Below are positions 58,317-64,000 of a stretch of DNA of 64,000 nucleotides, one piece after another. The notes under the pieces were generated by a model. It saw nothing but the letters and a program-made list of their open reading frames with translations. It made no database searches and was not told the DNA's origin. How positions within the stretch are numbered: the first letter of the stretch is position 1; each line of letters starts with the position of its first letter. This stretch comes from Acholeplasma sp. (lineage in GTDB: Bacteria; Bacillota_I; Bacilli_A; Acholeplasmatales; UBA5453): assembly GCA_036677365.1 (NCBI GenBank), contig JAVBWN010000021.1, positions 12,804-76,803 on the forward strand, read 5' to 3'. The position numbers and the translations under genes are program-made.

Positions 58317-59630
58317 ATGCCATTTAAAGTAGCAATCGTGGGCCGTCCCAACGTTGGTAAGTCTAGCCTCTTCAATCGTATGATTGGATCTAGACTATCG
58401 ATCACCGATGACGCACCCGGCGTGACGAGAGATCGCATTTACGCTAAGACTGAGTGGTTAACCAAAAGTTTCGCGGTAATTGATACCGGGGGCATCGAAA
58501 TTAGCGATGCCCCTTTTTTAGAACAAATTAAACAACAAGCCGATGTCGCCATCCAAGAAGCTGACCTCATCATTTTTGTTGTCGATTCTAGAAGCGGGTT
58601 AACCGATGACGATTTATTCATTGCGAAAAGACTGTATCCAACCGATAAGAAAGTCATCGTTGTCGTGAATAAAGTCGATAATGTCGAATTAAAACAAAGT
58701 ATTTATGAATTTTATGCGTTAGGGTTTGGCGACCCCATCGCTGTATCTGCCAACCATGGGATTGGGATTGGTGAATTGATGGACCAAATCATCCAATCAA
58801 TGCCAGATGATTTTTCAGATGAAGACCATGAAAATGCCATTAAGATTGCAGTCATTGGTTACCCTAATGTGGGTAAGTCCAGTTTGACCAATGCGATTTT
58901 AGGTCAAGAACGTGTCATTGTTTCTGAGATTGCTGGAACCACCCGTGATGCCATCGATACCCCATTTGTCAAAGATGACATCGAGTATGTCATCATCGAT
59001 ACCGCGGGTATTCGAAAACGTGGACAAGTCTATGAAAACACTGAGAAATACAGTGTTTTAAGAGCACTCCAAGCGATTGAACGTTGCGATGTCGCTTTGA
59101 TTGTGGTCGATGGTACGAGAGACATCATCGCACAAGATATGCACGTTGCAGGGTATATCCAAGATTATGCCAAAGCATCTGTTGTGGTTGTCAATAAATG
59201 GGACATCGTTAAAAAAGATGAAAAAACCATGGGTTTGATGAAACAAGAAATGTATGATACCTTCAAATTTTTAGCATACACCGAAGTGTGCTTTGTTTCA
59301 GCGAAGGAAAACAAACGTATCGATACGTTGTTCCCTGCCATCAACAAAGCATTTGAATCTTATAGCCGTAGAATCCCTACCTCTGTGATGAACGATGTCT
59401 TATTAGATAGTGTCGCGATGAATCCACCAGCACAGTTCAATCAAGGTAAGGCAAAGTTTTCTTATATGACTCAAGTGTCGACCAAACCACCGACATTTGT
59501 CATCTTTGTCAATGACCCAAGCTATGTCCATTTCTCTTATTTACGATATTTAGAGAACCAATTTAGAAAAGCCTTTGATTTTACAGGGTCTCCGATTAAA
59601 CTGATATTAAGAAAGAAGGAACAAGAATGA
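58317..59630 (+). CDS. der: Ribosome biogenesis GTPase Der/EngA
   Basis: Two G domains (GRPNVGKS, GYPNVGKS) with DTGG/DTAG and NKVD/NKWD; KH tail. Confidence 0.98.
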   Translation: MPFKVAIVGRPNVGKSSLFNRMIGSRLSITDDAPGVTRDRIYAKTEWLTKSFAVIDTGGIEISDAPFLEQIKQQADVAIQEADLIIFVVDSRSGLTDDDLFIAKRLYPTDKKVIVVVNKVDNVELKQSIYEFYALGFGDPIAVSANHGIGIGELMDQIIQSMPDDFSDEDHENAIKIAVIGYPNVGKSSLTNAILGQERVIVSEIAGTTRDAIDTPFVKDDIEYVIIDTAGIRKRGQVYENTEKYSVLRALQAIERCDVALIVVDGTRDIIAQDMHVAGYIQDYAKASVVVVNKWDIVKKDEKTMGLMKQEMYDTFKFLAYTEVCFVSAKENKRIDTLFPAINKAFESYSRRIPTSVMNDVLLDSVAMNPPAQFNQGKAKFSYMTQVSTKPPTFVIFVNDPSYVHFSYLRYLENQFRKAFDFTGSPIKLILRKKEQE

Positions 59631-60628
59631 AACTATCGATCATCGGTGGTGGCGCATGGGGAGCGACACTCGGACAACTCTTAGTCGATAATGGTCATGA
59701 TGTTGTCATCTATGACATCAATGAGCAATTTGTCCAAACGATCAATCAAAAGCATGTACACCCCTTTTTTGATTTACCTTTACCGGAATCACTTCACGCA
59801 ACCGTATCATTGGGTGAGGCTTTGAACTTTTCAGATTATTTGGTGCTGGCTGTACCAACCAAAGTTATGAGAAGTTTACTCACAACCATCAATCAAACGA
59901 TGGTATCCAAAAAATACTTCATCAACGTTTCTAAAGGGATTGAACCCGATACAACTAAACGTGTCTCAGAAATTGTTGAAGAGGTCATATCTGAAGCCCA
60001 TTTGGCTGGTTTCGCCGTATTAACCGGTCCAAGCCATGCTGAAGAAGTCATTCGTCGTAAATTGACATTGCTGACGGTTGCTTCTAAGAATCCAGACATG
60101 GCACAAACCTTACAAACTGTATTTTCCAATGATTCATACATGCGTGTCTACACATCGGATGATTTGATCGGATGCGAAGTGGGTGGTGCAGTTAAAAACG
60201 CCATCGCAGTCGTCAGTGGTATGGCTACAGGCTTAGATATGGGCGAAAATGCCCGTGCAGCTTTGATTACACGCGGCATTGTTGAAATCGTGCGTGTTGT
60301 AGAAGCCTACGGTGGTAAACGCGAAACGGCTTTCGGTTTAACTGGGGTAGGTGACCTCATCGTTACCGCATCTTCAGAGAATTCTCGTAACTTTAGAGCG
60401 GGTAAACAAATTGGGTCTGGGAAGTCCATGGCACAAATTTACCAAGAAGAAAAACAAACCATTGAAGGTGTGAGAGCCATCGAAGCCCTCCATCAACTCG
60501 CCATAAAAAAAGGGTTATCACTACCAATCATTGAAGTTGCATACCAAGTCATTTTTGAACAAATGCCAATCAATGATGCTGTTACTAAACTCCTCACGCG
60601 CACCTTAAAGAGCGAGAAAATTGATTAA
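59627..60628 (+). CDS. gpsA: NAD(P)H-dependent glycerol-3-phosphate dehydrogenase
   Basis: GGGAWG, SKGIE, GPSHAEEV, GA.KN, G.GDLIVT, SRN. Confidence 0.96.
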   Translation: MKLSIIGGGAWGATLGQLLVDNGHDVVIYDINEQFVQTINQKHVHPFFDLPLPESLHATVSLGEALNFSDYLVLAVPTKVMRSLLTTINQTMVSKKYFINVSKGIEPDTTKRVSEIVEEVISEAHLAGFAVLTGPSHAEEVIRRKLTLLTVASKNPDMAQTLQTVFSNDSYMRVYTSDDLIGCEVGGAVKNAIAVVSGMATGLDMGENARAALITRGIVEIVRVVEAYGGKRETAFGLTGVGDLIVTASSENSRNFRAGKQIGSGKSMAQIYQEEKQTIEGVRAIEALHQLAIKKGLSLPIIEVAYQVIFEQMPINDAVTKLLTRTLKSEKID

Positions 60629-60696
60629 AAAAGTCGAATAAAACCCCCATAATCGCTAGATAATGCAATCATATAGATAAAAAAATATTAAAAAGA

Positions 60697-60725
60697 TTGC
60701 TTATCAAAATAAATAGTGATATAAT
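60697..60725 (+). promoter_or_regulatory. Promoter of hup
   Basis: TTGCTT-17-TATAAT with extended TG. Confidence 0.7.
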
Positions 60726-60754
60726 GGCGTTAGAAAGACAAAAGGAGGTTCATT

Positions 60755-61030
60755 ATGAACAAAACAGAATTAATCGCTGTAGTAGCAGAAAAATCCCAAG
60801 TGACTAAGAAAGTTGCTGAAGAAGTATTAAATGCATTTGTTGACAGTGTTGCTGAAAGTCTTGGCAAACATGGCGAAAAAGTGGTACTAACTGGTTTTGG
60901 TACATTTGAAGTTCGTAACCGTGCTAAAAGAGAAGGTCGCGACCCACGTTCTGGCGCAACCATTCAAATTCCTGCACAAAAAACTCCTGCCTTCAAAGCT
61001 GGTAAAGTATTAAAAGACGCAGTTAAATAA
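60755..61030 (+). CDS. hup: Histone-like protein HU
   Basis: MNKTELI, GFGTFEV..R..R.GR.P, PAFKAGK.LK. Confidence 0.97.
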   Translation: MNKTELIAVVAEKSQVTKKVAEEVLNAFVDSVAESLGKHGEKVVLTGFGTFEVRNRAKREGRDPRSGATIQIPAQKTPAFKAGKVLKDAVK

Positions 61031-61035
61031 TGATT

Positions 61036-61063
61036 AAAAAGTCCATGAAAAGTGGACTTTTTT
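61036..61063 (+). terminator. Intrinsic terminator
   Basis: AAAAAGTCCA-loop-TGGACTTTTT. Confidence 0.8.
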
Positions 61064-61134
61064 ATTTATGAATTTGCAAATTTTTTCATCATCATTCATA
61101 CGATTTGATGTGTTATAATGGATATGGTGAGAAT

Positions 61135-62088
61135 ATGAAAGAAATGTTCCTAAAGGCCGCCGCTAACGATGTCCTTTATTTTTTTCAAACACAAGTGAAT
61201 CTATTAGAAACCGATGAACGTGGACAATCGTTATTGCATTACGCAGTGAGAACTTCTGCAAAACAGGTCATCGATTACTTACTCGATAATGACATCGACA
61301 TCAACATTCAAGACAAAAACGGGGAAACCGCCTTATTTGATTGTTGTAAAAAAGGGAAGCTTTCGATTGCGAAACAATTGATTCGTAAGTTTGCCAATGT
61401 GAACCTTAAAAACTTCAAAGGGGAACAAGCCATCCACCTCGCAGCCGCGAAAGCCGATTACGACATGGTCAAATTATTGCTTGAGGCAGGCGGGTCATTG
61501 AATGAGAAAACCAGAGATGGCCATTCGGTCATCCATTATGCCCTTAAAAGCCGTCAAATTCCGTTTCTAGAATACACCCTCAAACATTCCAACCAAAAGT
61601 TTAAAGACGTCGATGTATTTAAAAACACCTGTTTACATATGGCTTGTGAGATTGGTGCATTTGAAATTGTTGAGTATTTACTCAAGAACAAACACAACCC
61701 GAACCTTAAAAACCATGCCAAAGAAACCCCACTGTATCCAGCGATTAAAAGTGGACAAACCGCGATTGTTCAGTTGTTATTAGAACATGAAGCAAACCCA
61801 GATGTGCACAATCGGTTTGGTGAAACACCCATGGATTTTGCGATTGTTCAAGGTCAATTCGACATCCAACAAATCATTGAAACCCATTTAAGTGGGAGTT
61901 TATATAAACAACAGATGAAAAAAAATCCCCTTAGGCACGCTGTGCTCATCGAGGATTTGGATTTATTAAAGCAATGCATATACGAAGGGCACCATGACCA
62001 TAAGGATCAGTATGCCATGAGCGCCTATGATTATGCCCATAAGGAAAACTTAAAAGCGTTTAAAGAAATGCTAGAAAAAGAATCATGA
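61135..62088 (+). CDS. Ankyrin-repeat protein
   Basis: About seven repeats of G.(T/S).LH.A...G...V..LL..GA..N. Confidence 0.9.
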   Translation: MKEMFLKAAANDVLYFFQTQVNLLETDERGQSLLHYAVRTSAKQVIDYLLDNDIDINIQDKNGETALFDCCKKGKLSIAKQLIRKFANVNLKNFKGEQAIHLAAAKADYDMVKLLLEAGGSLNEKTRDGHSVIHYALKSRQIPFLEYTLKHSNQKFKDVDVFKNTCLHMACEIGAFEIVEYLLKNKHNPNLKNHAKETPLYPAIKSGQTAIVQLLLEHEANPDVHNRFGETPMDFAIVQGQFDIQQIIETHLSGSLYKQQMKKNPLRHAVLIEDLDLLKQCIYEGHHDHKDQYAMSAYDYAHKENLKAFKEMLEKES

Positions 62089-63208
62089 TAATTGACACAG
62101 CGTTGGCAACAGCATGCACAAGGATGCTTGACCACACGTTGTGTTTATTTTTTATATAGACATACCCTAAAGCAAATCCACTCGCGGAATAGGTGATGAG
62201 GTTGGTGAAAAAGTCTAGGAATGTTCGTTCACTCGACACATGAATCAATCCGAAAATGAGGGAACTGACCACCATCGCAACCCATTGATTTTTGAAGAAA
62301 CGGAACATCGCTTTACGGAAGATGAGTTCTTCTAAAATCGGTGCGAATAGGATGGTGACCAAAATCATGAGTACACCAGTGGAGGATAGTAATGAGCGTT
62401 CAATCGCCTGTTGATTCAAAGATACCGGTTGAGCGTAGTTGAAGACGAATCCAATGATTTGAATGACAAACTGAGCACCAACACTCGCAATCAACATGAT
62501 CCCATAACCAACCACCGCATCGACACCAATTTGCTTGAATGGCTTTTTGAAATAATCAAGTTCAATCTTCATCATTGAGAAGGTGATTGGGATGATACTT
62601 AAGGCAAGTACAATATAAATACCAAAATTTAAGATTGAAGAAGCACTGTCGGTCAATTCTGTGAATGCTTTAGGTGTTTTGACATTCACTGCATTATATA
62701 CTTCAGCAATACCCATGTGGTCGAGATAAGTTTGATGGAATTCAAACATGAGCAGTTCTACTTTAACGGTTGGACGATTGGTGTTCCAAGTTAAGTTCAC
62801 GTTGTTGTAAAACTCACGGATTTGTTCTATAGTATAGGATTCTTTTAAATATGGGTTCGCCGCATTCGCAAATACAACATAAGCATAATCTTCATATAAA
62901 ATGACGAGGTTTGGATAATCCGATTCATAGGTATAATAATCTGTCGATGACAAATAACCTACTGCGTTGGGATTTTGATACACATTGTAAATCATGGATT
63001 CCTCGACAGAATAATCTTTAGTAAAGCCATCGAGTTGATAAAAACTTAAAACAGCAAAACTAGCAACAAAAAGCATGATGAAGAAATAGACAACCACACT
63101 GGTAATGGCGCGGTTCAGTGGAAACAAAGGTTTCGCCTTTACCTCAGGTACTTTTTCTTCAAACAGGGATTCAAAATCGAAAACATCATTGGTTTCTTGA
63201 GTAGACAT
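62060..63208 (-). CDS. CPBP/CAAX-family intramembrane protease with large ectodomain
   Basis: APILEELIFR, FGLIH and H.VAN motifs; long loop between TM1 and TM2. Confidence 0.88.
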   Translation of the reverse strand: MSTQETNDVFDFESLFEEKVPEVKAKPLFPLNRAITSVVVYFFIMLFVASFAVLSFYQLDGFTKDYSVEESMIYNVYQNPNAVGYLSSTDYYTYESDYPNLVILYEDYAYVVFANAANPYLKESYTIEQIREFYNNVNLTWNTNRPTVKVELLMFEFHQTYLDHMGIAEVYNAVNVKTPKAFTELTDSASSILNFGIYIVLALSIIPITFSMMKIELDYFKKPFKQIGVDAVVGYGIMLIASVGAQFVIQIIGFVFNYAQPVSLNQQAIERSLLSSTGVLMILVTILFAPILEELIFRKAMFRFFKNQWVAMVVSSLIFGLIHVSSERTFLDFFTNLITYSASGFALGYVYIKNKHNVWSSILVHAVANAVSIIMILFLAFL

Positions 63209-63320
63209 AAGATATTTAATCCTTTCAATAAATAATATTCATATCCATTATACAACAGGACGCTACTTTGTTTTGAAAAAAGTAACAAGATGTGATAATA
63301 TGTTATCGGATGTGATAAAC

Positions 63321-63974
63321 ATGAAGAAAACATATTTGGTCATTGGTATGGATACCTTTGGCATCGCCTTATGTGAAGAATTAACGCAATTGGGTGCGGA
63401 TGTCATCGCCCTAGATAAAAAAGAAGAAGCCATCAACCGCGTGACAGGAATTGTCGAAAACGCCGTGATTGGGGACTCAACAGACATCAACGTATTAAGA
63501 GAAATTGGCGCACAGCACGCAGACCATGTCATCGTGTCAATACCAGGTAATGTTGAGAACAGTATTTTAACCACCATGATTCTATCGGACATGAAAGTCC
63601 CTAAAATCACCGTCAAAGTTGACAATGACTACCACGCAAAAGTGGCTGAAAAAGTCGGGGCAACCGAAGTTGTCTCCTCAGAAAAATCTGCAGGTAGACG
63701 TTTAGCAAGAAGATTATTGTCGGATAATGTCTTAGATTATTACAACATCACAGACGATTATGGCGTCTATGAAATATTCATTGGTGAAGACTTCAAGACT
63801 GTAAAGATTGTCGACTTAGACATTCGTAACCGTTTTGATGTGAATATTCTTTTAATCAAACGTGGTAAGAACGTCATTTTACCTAAAGCTGACAGCGAAC
63901 TTCGCAGCAAAGACATCGTCATTGTCTTGGGTAAACACGACCGCATTTCAAAATTCCAAAGCATTTTACATTAA
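63321..63974 (+). CDS. KtrA/TrkA-family RCK regulatory subunit
   Basis: GDSTD...L...G...AD.VIV, VA.KVGA..V, C-terminal RCK_C; GxGxxG altered to GMDTFG. Confidence 0.88.
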   Translation: MKKTYLVIGMDTFGIALCEELTQLGADVIALDKKEEAINRVTGIVENAVIGDSTDINVLREIGAQHADHVIVSIPGNVENSILTTMILSDMKVPKITVKVDNDYHAKVAEKVGATEVVSSEKSAGRRLARRLLSDNVLDYYNITDDYGVYEIFIGEDFKTVKIVDLDIRNRFDVNILLIKRGKNVILPKADSELRSKDIVIVLGKHDRISKFQSILH

Positions 63975-63997
63975 AATCAGTGTCGACTGATTTTTTT
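63973..63997 (+). terminator. Intrinsic terminator
   Basis: AAAATCAGT-GTCG-ACTGATTTTTTT. Confidence 0.75.
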
Positions 63998-64000
63998 GTT

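Overview
Mostly core chromosome from a wall-less Mollicute that uses genetic code 11 (TGA is used as a stop, Trp is TGG), most likely Acholeplasmatales; the taxon is inferred. Almost all genes are on the + strand. Bacillus-like gene order is kept with cell-wall and sporulation genes missing: alaS-ruvX-trmR-trhP-greA, the yqe cluster with comEA-comEC-holA-rpsT, pgsA-recA-rny-ymdB-miaB-ricA-mutSL-miaA, aroK-aroQ-efp, and rluB-cmk-rpsA-der-gpsA-hup. The first ~24 kb is more accessory. It holds the 3' end of a large beta-rich protein, PadR-DUF1700-DUF4097, ogt-alkA plus a Y-family polymerase and YolD, pheA, LemA-TPM, a Thermotoga-type GH13 maltosyltransferase, gpmI, two DUF3137-like genes, an FMN riboswitch with ribU, eno, and rnr-smpB-patatin-PAP2-CotH. 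An Ala T-box precedes alaS. No tRNA, rRNA, CRISPR array, IS element or prophage was recognised. The best leads are: a membrane-anchored protein with three HeH/Rho-N-like motifs heading the mutSL operon; an EF-P whose PGKG loop is replaced by SANS (Asn32); a promoter plus two-hairpin sRNA candidate after pheA; a lipase-phosphatase-ectokinase module coupled to rnr-smpB; and apparent ATCGAT enrichment. All family calls come from motif recognition by eye; no database searches were run.
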